From: a bacterium
Lineage (GTDB): Bacteria; CAYTYR01; UBA6262
DNA: 64,000 nt
Reading direction: 5' to 3'
Assembly (NCBI GenBank): GCA_028712895.1
Contig: JAQTPL010000006.1
Span: forward strand, 239-64,238
The position numbers and the translations under genes are program-made. Under the pieces are notes generated by a model. That model was not told where the DNA came from and ran no database searches. It worked only from the letters and a program-made list of their open reading frames with translations. Position 1 is the first letter of the stretch, and every line of letters starts with the position of its first letter. Shown piece by piece: positions 8,382 through 18,250 of the stretch.

Positions 8382-10343
8382 TTATTCGTACCGTAATGCT
8401 TCGATCGGGTCAAGCTTGGCTGCCTGGCGCGCTGGCCAGATCCCGAAGCCGACACCTACGGCTATGGAAAACGTGGTTGCCATTATTACCGAAGACATAG
8501 AAACCGTAGTCGTCCAACTGGTGAAGGCAGACAAGGTAAACGCGATCCCTGCCCCAACCGCAATACCGATCAATCCGCCGGTCACGGTCATCACCACTGC
8601 TTCGATCAAAAATTGGGTCATAATATCCTTGGAACGGGCGCCGATGGCTTTACGCAATCCTATTTCTTTGACCCGCTCCCGGACCGACACCAGCATAATA
8701 TTCATAATACCAATACCGCCGACCAGCAGGGAAATAGCCGCGATAGAACCTAACAGCATGGTCATGGTCTTGGTGGTGCTTTGCACGGTTTCCTGAATAT
8801 CATTCATATTCCTGATCTCAAAAGAATCTTCTTTATCCTGACTCAGGAGATGTCGCTGGATAACTAATGTTTTGATCGATTCCTGGGCAGCATCCATCAA
8901 ATTAGCACTTTTTACTTCGAGGTCAATATAATCCACATATTCCTTACCTAATACCCGGTACATAGCTGTGGTAACCGGAATAACGATCACATCATCCTGG
9001 TTCATCCAGCCGGTCGATCCTTTAGTAGGCAATACCCCGATAACCTTGAAATATATCCGGTTGATCTTGACTGTCATTCCTACCGGATTAGCGGTATCAA
9101 ATAACTCCTTAGCTACAGTTGAGCCGATCAAGGCGACTTTTTGGCGCACTTGTAATTCTTCAGCGGTAAAGAACCTGCCGACTGTCGGTATCGCCGCGCG
9201 CATAGTCGGGTAATTGACCCCGGTACCTAAGATCTGGGTATTCCAGTTCCGGTCACCATAAACCACTTGGGCTCGGCCCCTGACTGTCGGGGAAACATTT
9301 TTTATTTCCGGCAGTTTAGCCAGGTATTCAGCGTCTTGCAGGGTGAACCTGGTTACTGACCCTGCTTCCACGGCTACACCCATTGACCGGTGTGAACCAG
9401 GAGTGACCATTAATAAATTAGAACCTAAGGAAGCCAGGCTTTTTTCTATTGATTCTTTGGCTCCCTGTCCCAGAGCTAACATGGCAATGACGGCAGCTAC
9501 CCCGATCAGGATCCCCAGCATGGACAACATAGAACGCATTTTATGGGAAACCAGGGCTTGCAGGGCTTGCCTGAAATGATCACCGAATTTGGCCCCATCT
9601 ACCTTAGACTCGCTTTCTTTGTCAGCCGATCCTGTAGTCAATTGTTCTGCTAGCTGTGCAGCAGCCAGACCTGACTTAGTTTTTTCATCAGTAACTATTT
9701 TCCCGTCGCGCATATAAATTATCCGTTTGGTCCGTTCCGCGACTTCTTTTTCATGGGTTACCATGACTATGGTTTTCCCTTGCTTATTCAGTTTGAGCAG
9801 GAGAACCATGATCTCTTCTTCATTTTTAGTATCCAGGTTCCCGGTCGGCTCATCGGCAAAAAGGATCAAAGGATCATTGACCATGGACCGGGCAACGGCG
9901 ACCCGCTGCTGTTCCCCACCAGACAGCTCAGTCGGCAAATGCAGGGCCCGGGATTCAAGTCCGACCTCTTTTAATTTTTCCAGGGCCCTTTCTTTCAGGT
10001 GCCGCCGGCCGGCATAGATCAAGGGCAGTTCAGCGTTGCCCAGCGCAGTGAGACGGGCCAAGAGGTGAAATTGCTGGAAGATAAAACCTGCTGTCTTATT
10101 CCTTAGCATAGCTAATTCATCATCATTGTACTTGCTGACTTCTTTATTGTTAAAAGTATACTCTCCGGAATCGGGACGGTCCAGCAGCCCGAGAATATGC
10201 AGCAAGGTGGATTTCCCGGAGCCAGACGGTCCCATTATAGCGACAAATTCCCCGGCTTCAATATTTAGAGAAACTCCGCGCAGGGCTTGTACCCCCACAC
10301 TGCCGATCTGATATGTTTTAGAGATATTTTTTACTTTTATCAT
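8382..10343 (-). CDS. macB: MacB-type ABC transporter (fused ATPase and FtsX permease)
   Basis: Walker A 'GPSGSGKST', ABC signature 'LSGGEQQR', Walker B 'ILFADEPTGNLD', then a large periplasmic domain and four FtsX-type TM helices. Confidence 0.9.
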   Translation of the reverse strand: MIKVKNISKTYQIGSVGVQALRGVSLNIEAGEFVAIMGPSGSGKSTLLHILGLLDRPDSGEYTFNNKEVSKYNDDELAMLRNKTAGFIFQQFHLLARLTALGNAELPLIYAGRRHLKERALEKLKEVGLESRALHLPTELSGGEQQRVAVARSMVNDPLILFADEPTGNLDTKNEEEIMVLLLKLNKQGKTIVMVTHEKEVAERTKRIIYMRDGKIVTDEKTKSGLAAAQLAEQLTTGSADKESESKVDGAKFGDHFRQALQALVSHKMRSMLSMLGILIGVAAVIAMLALGQGAKESIEKSLASLGSNLLMVTPGSHRSMGVAVEAGSVTRFTLQDAEYLAKLPEIKNVSPTVRGRAQVVYGDRNWNTQILGTGVNYPTMRAAIPTVGRFFTAEELQVRQKVALIGSTVAKELFDTANPVGMTVKINRIYFKVIGVLPTKGSTGWMNQDDVIVIPVTTAMYRVLGKEYVDYIDLEVKSANLMDAAQESIKTLVIQRHLLSQDKEDSFEIRNMNDIQETVQSTTKTMTMLLGSIAAISLLVGGIGIMNIMLVSVRERVKEIGLRKAIGARSKDIMTQFLIEAVVMTVTGGLIGIAVGAGIAFTLSAFTSWTTTVSMSSVIMATTFSIAVGVGFGIWPARQAAKLDPIEALRYE

Positions 10344-11341
10344 TGTCTTGTATTCCTGTTTGTCTGATTCCGTTGGCTCCTCTGGCCTGGCCGGGTTGGC
10401 ATAAAAGGATTACCACTAGTGGCTTTCTGGGTAGCTGGCATATAGGTCGCGCTTTGTATAACCACCCTATCAGTATCAGTGAGCCCGGAAATAATTTCAG
10501 TATTAGTGTCATCAGCTAAACCGGTTTGAATGCGGCGCTGCCCCGGTTTCTGCTCTTTACCCTGGTCAATGAGGACATATTTCCCTTCTTTGTCTTGCTT
10601 GATTGCTTCCAAAGGTAAAGTCAACACATTCTCGTGACTGGCTTCCAAAACTTTTACTTCAGCAGTCATACCGGAACGGAATTCTGCCGGCACTCTATCC
10701 GGTAAGACATCTACTTTATAGATACTGACGTTACTGACTACCTGTGATTCATAATAAATATGGTTCACCGTGCCATTCACTTTGATATCTGGATAAGCAT
10801 CCAGAGTAATTGTCGCCGGTTGTCCCATCTTAATCTTGCCAATATCAGTCTCATCAAACTGGGCTTGCACGATCAGCCGGTCAGAAAGTACCAGTATCGC
10901 TTCGCTGGTCATAATCGTCTGTCCCGGCTCGACACTTTTGACGATCACTTCCCCGTCGATCGGCGCGATCAAGGGAGTTGACTTATAAACTTCTTGCCAC
11001 TGTTTGACAACTTCATCTCCCTGGGCTCGGGCGGCATCTAATAATGCCGCTCTTTCGGTCGAGCTCATCCAAGCGAGGGTTTGTCCTTTTTTTACCCGGT
11101 CACCTTCCTGCACCAGGATGTTTTCTACTCGCCCGCTGATCGCCGGTTTTACTTCCAGTCGATTTTGCGGCAAGACCGTCCCGGTGGTAGATACGAATGT
11201 TTGGATGTTGTCGTATACCGGATTAACGATGGTAGTTTTTTCCAGACTGTCCTTATTGTTCCCGGCTTTTACGGCCCAGAATATAGCGGCAATCACCACT
11301 AATATGCCTAATACTATGAGTTTCCATTTTTTACTCTTCAT
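10340..11341 (-). CDS. macA: MacA/HlyD-family periplasmic adaptor (membrane fusion protein)
   Basis: N-terminal TM anchor followed by lipoyl/beta-barrel adaptor architecture; translationally coupled to macB and tolC. Confidence 0.8.
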   Translation of the reverse strand: MKSKKWKLIVLGILVVIAAIFWAVKAGNNKDSLEKTTIVNPVYDNIQTFVSTTGTVLPQNRLEVKPAISGRVENILVQEGDRVKKGQTLAWMSSTERAALLDAARAQGDEVVKQWQEVYKSTPLIAPIDGEVIVKSVEPGQTIMTSEAILVLSDRLIVQAQFDETDIGKIKMGQPATITLDAYPDIKVNGTVNHIYYESQVVSNVSIYKVDVLPDRVPAEFRSGMTAEVKVLEASHENVLTLPLEAIKQDKEGKYVLIDQGKEQKPGQRRIQTGLADDTNTEIISGLTDTDRVVIQSATYMPATQKATSGNPFMPTRPGQRSQRNQTNRNTRQ

Positions 11342-12596
11342 CTAAAGTCACTCCTTTGGCTTGTATCCAGTTCGCTTCTGCTATCATGGCGTTGGCCTGG
11401 GTATTTAATAAGGTTTTTTTGGCATTGATCAAATCATCTTCAATAATGATCCAGTTGTCAAAAGACATTAACCCGATCTTATATTGTGCTTCAGCGATCT
11501 TGGACCGCTCTTCAGTGGCGATCAAGAATTTTTGCTGTACCTCTAATTGTCCCAATGCATCCCGCAGATTGGCCCAGTTTTCAGCCAGAGTAAGAATAAC
11601 GCTTGCACGGCCGTTTCTTTCTTCGGCCTGTGCCTGGCTATACGCTGATTCAGACCTTTTTACAGCCGCTACCTGGCTGCCTCCGGAAAAGATCGGCACG
11701 CTCACATTTACTCCGGCTGACCATTGGCTCCGGTCAGGAGGCCAATTTGAACCGCTCTTACTGGTTGAGGCGCTGGCATAAACCGAAGGATACATATCAG
11801 CGGTAGCGCCTTTTAAAGAAAGGCGGGAGGCATCTTTTTGGGCGATCAGAGCTTGTAGCAAAGGAACTGATCCTGCTAATTGTTCAAAATCAGGTGTCAC
11901 CGGGTCCAGCAAAGATACTGCCAGCTCACCTTGTACTTGTATCTGGCTATATTTGCCATAGCCCAGGTCCGCGCAGAGCATCCGGGCAGCTATTTCTAAA
12001 TTCCTAGTGGCTTGGGCAATTTCAAACTCAGCTTCTGCCAGGTCAGCCTGCGCTGTTAGTAATGAACCTTTATGCTCACGTCCTGCTTCATACCCCAGCT
12101 TGATCAGCTCCAGGCTTTGTTTACGCCGTTGTGCTATTTCAGTGGTTATAGCTACTAACTTCTGCGCTTTCAAAAGATTCACAAAATCTTTCTTCAGCTG
12201 CAGCCGCAAGTTGGAAGAAGTCACAGCATATGAATATACTGCTGACCGGAAAGTCGCGGAAGAAGTAGCGACATTATACTGGGATTTCAAACCGTCAAAG
12301 ATCAATTGCCTGCCGGAAACACCGTAAGAATAGCTATTGTTCCGGTCCTGATCATCTGCTTTTGAAGTTTGGCCGCTCGCGCTGCCGCTTATTTGCGGAT
12401 AATAGTTGCTCTTAGACGTGGTTATATTAATCCCGGCTTGCTTCAATTTCTCAGTCGCCGACAATAAATTGGGATTATTTTGCCTGGTCTCGCGGACACA
12501 ATCTGCCCAAGTCAGGTCTTGGGACACAGCGCTGTTAACAGAGCCCAATATACTTATAGACACCATCAATAATATTATAAAGAAGTTTCTTTTCAT
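11331..12596 (-). CDS. tolC: TolC-family outer-membrane channel
   Basis: Signal peptide and two repeats of the TolC helical/beta pattern over 421 aa. Confidence 0.8.
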   Translation of the reverse strand: MKRNFFIILLMVSISILGSVNSAVSQDLTWADCVRETRQNNPNLLSATEKLKQAGINITTSKSNYYPQISGSASGQTSKADDQDRNNSYSYGVSGRQLIFDGLKSQYNVATSSATFRSAVYSYAVTSSNLRLQLKKDFVNLLKAQKLVAITTEIAQRRKQSLELIKLGYEAGREHKGSLLTAQADLAEAEFEIAQATRNLEIAARMLCADLGYGKYSQIQVQGELAVSLLDPVTPDFEQLAGSVPLLQALIAQKDASRLSLKGATADMYPSVYASASTSKSGSNWPPDRSQWSAGVNVSVPIFSGGSQVAAVKRSESAYSQAQAEERNGRASVILTLAENWANLRDALGQLEVQQKFLIATEERSKIAEAQYKIGLMSFDNWIIIEDDLINAKKTLLNTQANAMIAEANWIQAKGVTLDEE

Positions 12597-12626
12597 ACTG
12601 CTTTAACCACCTTTTAAAATTTGGGA

Positions 12627-13124
12627 TTATGGCTCTGGCGGCCCTTCATGCCTTTCCTTGCCGGGTTGGTCCGGCGGCGGGGTCATAAAACCCCTGGGCA
12701 TGATCGCTTTAAACTTCCGCTGTTGTTCCGGGGTCAGGTTCTTTTTCATGGTCACTAAATGCCCGACGATCGTTTTTTCGATTTTTGCCTGCAGAGAGGA
12801 AATAGCGTCAATTAATTTGTCTACCTTGACGCTGTCGACCGGATCGGTATCCAGCAGGGCAAACAATTCCGCTCGTTTTCTTTTCAATTCTTCCCTGGCC
12901 GATTTGATCTCCTGGTTTATATTTTTCCGGTCCTGCTCCATAAATTCGACCTGGGTATTGGTCAAATTAAGCTCTTTTTTTATTTTCTTTTTAAACCAGT
13001 TGTTCTCGCCCGGCCCTTTTTTAAAATCCCGCCGGATGAGCCAATGGCGACTGAACGTCGCCACTACCCCCAGGTTTAAACCCAGCGAGAGAACTAAAAT
13101 AACAGTCAGTACTTTATTTTTCAT
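12627..13124 (-). CDS. CpxP/Spy-family periplasmic chaperone or heavy-metal sensor (LTXXQ)
   Basis: Signal peptide and two LTXXQ motifs ('LNLTNTQV', 'NLTPEQQ'). Confidence 0.6.
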   Translation of the reverse strand: MKNKVLTVILVLSLGLNLGVVATFSRHWLIRRDFKKGPGENNWFKKKIKKELNLTNTQVEFMEQDRKNINQEIKSAREELKRKRAELFALLDTDPVDSVKVDKLIDAISSLQAKIEKTIVGHLVTMKKNLTPEQQRKFKAIMPRGFMTPPPDQPGKERHEGPPEP

Positions 13125-13128
13125 CTAC

Positions 13129-13587
13129 TCACCCTCCAATAATACTATTATAAACTGTTTCAACTTGTTCATTGGGCATGTCATTGAATTCGGTTAATGA
13201 TAATTGCTGTGAAACCTCAGCGCTGGCCACGATCTCTTGCTGGGCAGTGGAGCCAAGCATCCCTGAGACAAGATAATTCCCGGCTAAGGCCATGACAACA
13301 AACATGGAAAAGGTCGCCACTGTGTTCAACCATTTTATCCCGCCATGCGCCGGCTCTTGTGCCAGGCGGCTTTTTATCCGCGTCCATAGGAAAGCGGGAG
13401 GTTCTACCGGCATTGCTTTCCGGAGAGGTTCAACCGTCAGGTTTGAAACAGCGGCGGCATAAGCGCGGCAGGCAGAGCAATCCCGCAAGTGACGGTCGAT
13501 CTCCTGTTTCCCCTGTTCATCGAGTTCACCATCAACATAATCAGTGATAATGATATCGCGGTATTTATCGCATTTCATGGTAACCAC
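13129..13587 (-). CDS. Anti-sigma factor (zinc-finger type, single TM)
   Basis: A 'C..H..C..C' motif ('HLRDCSACRAY'), a central TM segment, and overlap with the upstream ECF sigma gene. Confidence 0.6.
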   Translation of the reverse strand: MVTMKCDKYRDIIITDYVDGELDEQGKQEIDRHLRDCSACRAYAAAVSNLTVEPLRKAMPVEPPAFLWTRIKSRLAQEPAHGGIKWLNTVATFSMFVVMALAGNYLVSGMLGSTAQQEIVASAEVSQQLSLTEFNDMPNEQVETVYNSIIGG

Positions 13588-14131
13588 CTCTTTTTAAGAG
13601 TATTTCCCTGGCCCTCTTCAGCCTTGATCTCACCGTATTAATATTGATCTTAAGGGCTTGGGCAATTTCATCATACCGTAACCCCTGTATCTCCCTTAAT
13701 ACTATACAGGCGCGGTATTCGGGACTGAGCGCCTCTAATAATTTATCAACCTGCGCTTTTTGGTCACGCTGCTCCAAAAATGTTTCCGCGGCTTCAGCCT
13801 GCCCCGGCAGTTCCGCACTGATATTTTCATGGTATTCAAATTGCCGGCGGCGGTCATACGCTGCTTTTTTCAGCACATTCAGCGTAGTATTGACCGTGAT
13901 CCTGTAGATCCAGGTTTTAAAAGAAGACTGGAACCGGAAGTCCCGCAGGCTTTTAAACACTTTCAAGAAAACTTCCTGGGTGATTTCCTGGGCATCTTCC
14001 CTGTTCCGGGCAGTCCGCAAAGCCACGTTATAGACGAAACTTGAAGCACCTTTATAGATCTCTTCAAAAGCTTGTATATCCCCGGCCACAGCTTTATGTA
14101 TAATGTCTGGCGAAATGCTTTGGATATCCAT
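13565..14131 (-). CDS. ECF-family RNA polymerase sigma factor
   Basis: Sigma-70 region 2 ('FEEIYKGASSFVYNVALRTARNREDAQEITQEVFLKVFKSL') and region 4 HTH ('RACIVLREIQGLRYDEIAQAL'). Confidence 0.85.
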   Translation of the reverse strand: MDIQSISPDIIHKAVAGDIQAFEEIYKGASSFVYNVALRTARNREDAQEITQEVFLKVFKSLRDFRFQSSFKTWIYRITVNTTLNVLKKAAYDRRRQFEYHENISAELPGQAEAAETFLEQRDQKAQVDKLLEALSPEYRACIVLREIQGLRYDEIAQALKININTVRSRLKRAREILLKRGGYHEMR

Positions 14132-14149
14132 TATGCTCCTTACACTAAC

Positions 14150-14178
14150 TTAGACAAAGTTGAAAAAGGAAAAGTTTC
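14150..14178 (-). promoter_or_regulatory. Candidate autoregulated ECF promoter: GAAACTT-N16-GTCTAA (minus-strand sense)
   Basis: The reverse complement reads 'GAAACTTttcctttttcaactttGTCTAA', about 18 nt upstream of the sigma-factor ATG. This matches the AAC-N16-TCTNA type ECF consensus. Confidence 0.5.
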
Positions 14179-14183
14179 GCGGA

Positions 14184-14777
14184 TTAACGCAATAAATGCA
14201 GTGCAGCGCCAGCAATGATCGGGATAGTAAGGTTATCATCCAGGGCAATGGGCAGGGTTTCCACCACAGCAGCGATAAACGCACTAGCCAGGATAGCAAT
14301 GACGGTAAGATCTGCGGGGAAAAAGTATTGTTTCAAAATAAAACCAACCAGAATCGCTATAATAAAGAAAGCCGCACTGCCTTCCATGCTTCTGGGAGGA
14401 AAAAGTTTATAACGGCCAAATTTTTTCCCAATAATGGCTGCGGTGACATCGCCAAAGGTCAAAAAACAAAGAGCAGTAATAGCTATGGGTTTGTCAAAAA
14501 AAAGTACTGTCACCAGTATGCCGCTGATAAAATAGGGCATCCCAGTAACAGTTTTTTTCTCGTTTTCTTTAAAAAATCCCCGGAAATTTTGCCAAGTCCA
14601 ATTATTAAACAAAGGATATTTAGCCCGCACTAATTCAAATAGCAGTACCAGGACCAGGGCAGCAGCCATGATCCGGAGAAGTATTTCCCGATCTATAAAA
14701 TAGTAGGCTATAGGAAAAATCATCCCGCCGATAAAATGAAACAATGGCCTCTTCATATCACTTCTTCCAATGGCCAA
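14184..14777 (-). CDS. CTP-transferase-family membrane protein (CdsA, or dolichol/polyprenol kinase-like)
   Basis: Six TM segments and a C-terminal motif 'FGDVTAAIIGKKFGRYKL' resembling CTP_transf_1. Confidence 0.45.
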   Translation of the reverse strand: MAIGRSDMKRPLFHFIGGMIFPIAYYFIDREILLRIMAAALVLVLLFELVRAKYPLFNNWTWQNFRGFFKENEKKTVTGMPYFISGILVTVLFFDKPIAITALCFLTFGDVTAAIIGKKFGRYKLFPPRSMEGSAAFFIIAILVGFILKQYFFPADLTVIAILASAFIAAVVETLPIALDDNLTIPIIAGAALHLLR

Positions 14778-15043
14778 ACATAAGCACTAACGCTTCCCTT
14801 AGGCATTTTCTTCTTGATATTCTTGATCGTTTCCTTAATATTAGCCATACACTGATCTTCACAATAGATCAACAATGCTGAATTGTACCCTGGCCAAACA
14901 TTGGTGTCAAGCCTGGGATCGCTGGATTTTCCGGTTCCCAATACTTTTTCCCACTTAGTATAATAATTGATGCCAGCGGCAGACAGCCCTTCCATGATTT
15001 CCTCTTCCAATGGTGCATTATAGACGAATAATATCATCTTCAT
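14753..15043 (-). CDS. Small P-II-like transporter-associated protein
   Basis: A 96-aa protein lying immediately downstream of the RND pump, with an alpha/beta pattern compatible with a GlnB-like fold. Confidence 0.35.
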   Translation of the reverse strand: MKMILFVYNAPLEEEIMEGLSAAGINYYTKWEKVLGTGKSSDPRLDTNVWPGYNSALLIYCEDQCMANIKETIKNIKKKMPKGSVSAYVWPLEEVI

Positions 15044-15127
15044 TTAAAATCCCTTCTGGATTACACTGATTTTAAAAGATGATTACACAGATTCAAGCAA
15101 TAGGTTTTAATCGGTGTAATCATCTTT

Positions 15128-18100
15128 TTAATCGGTGGAATCGTTCCTTCTAAATTTTTGTTCAAAAATTGTATACAGTACCGGCACAAAGATCAAAGTG
15201 ATCAGTGTCGACACCGTCAGTCCGCCAATGAGAGCTACGCCCATAGGTGCCCACGACTCGCTGCCCTCGCCCCGGGAAAAGGCCATGGGCACTAAACCAA
15301 ACAAAGTAGTGATCGTCGTCATTAATACAGGACGCAAACGGCTCTTACCGCCTTTTTGCACCGCTTCAAACAACTCAATGCCCCTGGCGCGCAGGATATT
15401 GATATAATCCACCAAGACAATGGCATTATTCACTACAATACCTACCAGCATGATCAATCCCAGGAAAGTCATGACATTGAAGCTTAATCCTGCAACCAAC
15501 AGCCCCCAAATAACCCCGGTGATAGCAAAAGGCACGGAAAACATAATGATGAACGGGTCGCGCAGGGATTCAAATTGGGCCGCCATGATCAAATATACTA
15601 ATAATATTCCTAAAATAAACGCGAAGAAAAGATCAGTGAATGAAGACTTCTGCTCTTTGATCGTACCACCGAATTTATAGGTAAAACCGCGGGGCATGAC
15701 CTTTTTCTGCAGCAGATTCTCTACATCAGTAGTGATCTCCCCCAGACTCCGGCCATAGGTACCTGCATCTATCCGGATCATTCTTGATCCGTCTTTACGC
15801 AATATTTCCAATGGGCCATATTGCCGTTCAAGCGTAGCCACATTACCCAATGGTATAGCTTTACCAGATGGCAGGAGGATCGGCAAATTAAGCAGATTGG
15901 CTAAACTGGTGCGTTCTTTCTTATTCAAGTTCATAAATATATCATATTCATCATCCTGGTCACGAAACTTGCTGACCGTAATACCATAGAAAGTCCCGCG
16001 TACAATATTAGCGATATAACCCACTGACAGGCCCAGGCTGGTAGCTTTGTCCCGATCCACCCGCACCCAGACCTCAGGATTGCCTTGTTCAAAGCTAACT
16101 TCTATATCTTTTACTCCCTTAATTTTAGCCATCATCCCCGAGATCTGGTCTGATAGCTCTGCTCCCTTAGCCAGATCATCCCCATAGAGTTCGATAGTTA
16201 AGGGTTTGCCGCTGCCCATGATCGCTGCTTCCATCGGGTCCTGGCTGGAAAAATTCACTTTGACTAAACCTGGGATTTTTTCTACTTTAGGCCGAACCGC
16301 TTCAATGATTTCCAGATCACTGCGCTGGCGCTGGTCTTTGGGCACTAATTTGCCGAAGAAATCAGCGGCACTGGACAGTTCTTTGCGTCCGCCTTGTACA
16401 CTGCCCATCGCTTCCCGGCTCTCACCCATATCCACCATCAGCATCCGCAGTTCTTTCACTTCTTCCCGCAGTATCTGCTCGATCTTGGACACAGCTATTT
16501 CTGTTTCATTAACATCGGTCCCTCGGGGCAGCTCTACGCGTAAGCGCAAGAATCCCTGGTCTTCCCGGGGGAAAAACTCTGTCCCCACCAGCGGGAACAG
16601 GAGCAGTGAAAATACAAAAATAGCAATGGCCCCGCCAATCACCTTTTTCCGGTTACTTAAGGCCCAGCCCAGGATCTGCCGGTATTTTTCGTCCAAGCGC
16701 TCAAACCATTTTTCACTCCAGCGAAAAAACCTGTCAACCAGTTTATTACTGTTACTATTACCATTGAGATGGATCGTTTTTTGGCTAAGCATCTTCCCGG
16801 CTAACATCGGGGATAAAGTATAGGCCACAAACAAAGAAGCCATCAAGGTAATGGTTACTATAGCGGCTAATTGTTTGAAATATACCTGTAAAAAACCGCC
16901 GACAAATATTAAAGGTAGAAAAATAACTACTGTGGTCAGGGTAGAACCAAGAATAGCTGCACTGATCTCGCCGGTACCAAAAATGGCTGCTTCCTGTGGC
17001 CTTTCTCCTTCATGTAAATGGCGGTAAATATTATCGATCACCACAATAGCGTTGTCCACGACCATACCAATGGCAATTGCCAGGCTGGCTAATGACAGGA
17101 CATTAATGGTCCAGCCATTAAAGTATACAAAAATAAAGGCTACCAGCAAAGAGGTGGGTATTTCCAGCGCCGCGATAAAACTAGCACGTACATTACGCAG
17201 GAAAAACAGCAAGACCAACACGACTAAGAATCCGCCCCAATAAATAGAGGTTTTCAGGCTGTTGATGGAATTAACAATGAAATCAGAATTATCCATCAGG
17301 ATCTTAACATCCACATCTTTAGGTAAAGTCTGCAGGATAGTTGCCAGCTTGGCCCGCACACCTTTAGCCACAGTCACGGTATTAGAGCCAGACTGTTTTT
17401 GTATTACAATAAAGCCACCGCTTTTCTGGTTGACATGGACCCGTTTTATGGCTTCCTGGAAATCATCCTTTACTTCAGCAATATCACTCACGTAAACGGG
17501 TTTACCCTGTCGGTAAGCCAGCAAGGTTTGGCTTAGTTCCGGCACAGTCGTGTATTCACCGGGAACCCGCAAACTGTATTTCTTCCGGCCTTCATATACA
17601 GAGCCTGCTGGAGTAGTCACATTTTCCTGCTGGATCTTATCAGTCACCTGGCTGAGCGAAAGATTATAAGCATTCATCTTATTAATATCTAAAATAATCT
17701 GGATCTCCCGGATCTTGCCGCCACGGACATAGACTGCACCTACTCCAGGGACAGATCGTAACTTATCAGCGATATCAGTTTCCATGATCTTATTCAGGCG
17801 GTCGTAGCTTTCGGCAGCATTGGCGCCCATAAACAAGATCGGTATGGCGCTGGTATTGAACTTAATGACCCGGGGCGCATCAGCATCATCCGGCAATCTA
17901 CTTTTAACAAATTCCAGGCGATCCCGGATATCATTACTGGCTGTATCCAGGGAAGTGCCCCAGTCAAACTTGGCTAAGACCACGGAAGCGCCTTCTTTAG
18001 AAGTGCTTTCCACAGAATCTATACCCGGAACGGTGCGCACAGCATCTTCAATAGTCTTGGTAACCTTGGTTTCAATATCCTGGGCATTGGCTCCAGGATA

Positions 18101-18250
18101 GGAGGTAATAACAGTCAGCATGGGCAAGGTGATCTCCGGCATCAAGTCCACCGGTAGCTTAGCCAAAGAGATAAAAGATAAGATTAACAGGACTACATAA
18201 ATGATACTAGTAAAGATTGGACGCTTTACACAATACTCTGTAAGCTTCAT
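15128..18250 (-). CDS. RND efflux permease (AcrB/HAE1-like)
   Basis: The 1040-aa protein has 12 TM segments and two large periplasmic loops; its N-terminus ('LPVDLMPEITLPMLTVITSYPGANAQDIE') resembles AcrB. Confidence 0.9.
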   Translation of the reverse strand: MKLTEYCVKRPIFTSIIYVVLLILSFISLAKLPVDLMPEITLPMLTVITSYPGANAQDIETKVTKTIEDAVRTVPGIDSVESTSKEGASVVLAKFDWGTSLDTASNDIRDRLEFVKSRLPDDADAPRVIKFNTSAIPILFMGANAAESYDRLNKIMETDIADKLRSVPGVGAVYVRGGKIREIQIILDINKMNAYNLSLSQVTDKIQQENVTTPAGSVYEGRKKYSLRVPGEYTTVPELSQTLLAYRQGKPVYVSDIAEVKDDFQEAIKRVHVNQKSGGFIVIQKQSGSNTVTVAKGVRAKLATILQTLPKDVDVKILMDNSDFIVNSINSLKTSIYWGGFLVVLVLLFFLRNVRASFIAALEIPTSLLVAFIFVYFNGWTINVLSLASLAIAIGMVVDNAIVVIDNIYRHLHEGERPQEAAIFGTGEISAAILGSTLTTVVIFLPLIFVGGFLQVYFKQLAAIVTITLMASLFVAYTLSPMLAGKMLSQKTIHLNGNSNSNKLVDRFFRWSEKWFERLDEKYRQILGWALSNRKKVIGGAIAIFVFSLLLFPLVGTEFFPREDQGFLRLRVELPRGTDVNETEIAVSKIEQILREEVKELRMLMVDMGESREAMGSVQGGRKELSSAADFFGKLVPKDQRQRSDLEIIEAVRPKVEKIPGLVKVNFSSQDPMEAAIMGSGKPLTIELYGDDLAKGAELSDQISGMMAKIKGVKDIEVSFEQGNPEVWVRVDRDKATSLGLSVGYIANIVRGTFYGITVSKFRDQDDEYDIFMNLNKKERTSLANLLNLPILLPSGKAIPLGNVATLERQYGPLEILRKDGSRMIRIDAGTYGRSLGEITTDVENLLQKKVMPRGFTYKFGGTIKEQKSSFTDLFFAFILGILLVYLIMAAQFESLRDPFIIMFSVPFAITGVIWGLLVAGLSFNVMTFLGLIMLVGIVVNNAIVLVDYINILRARGIELFEAVQKGGKSRLRPVLMTTITTLFGLVPMAFSRGEGSESWAPMGVALIGGLTVSTLITLIFVPVLYTIFEQKFRRNDSTD

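Noticed and set aside
15135-18101. Several plus-strand ORFs inside the RND pump gene (e.g. 16206-16823)
   Set aside because: They are antisense to a 1040-aa gene with a clear AcrB-like translation. No independent start signals are present and the composition is biased.
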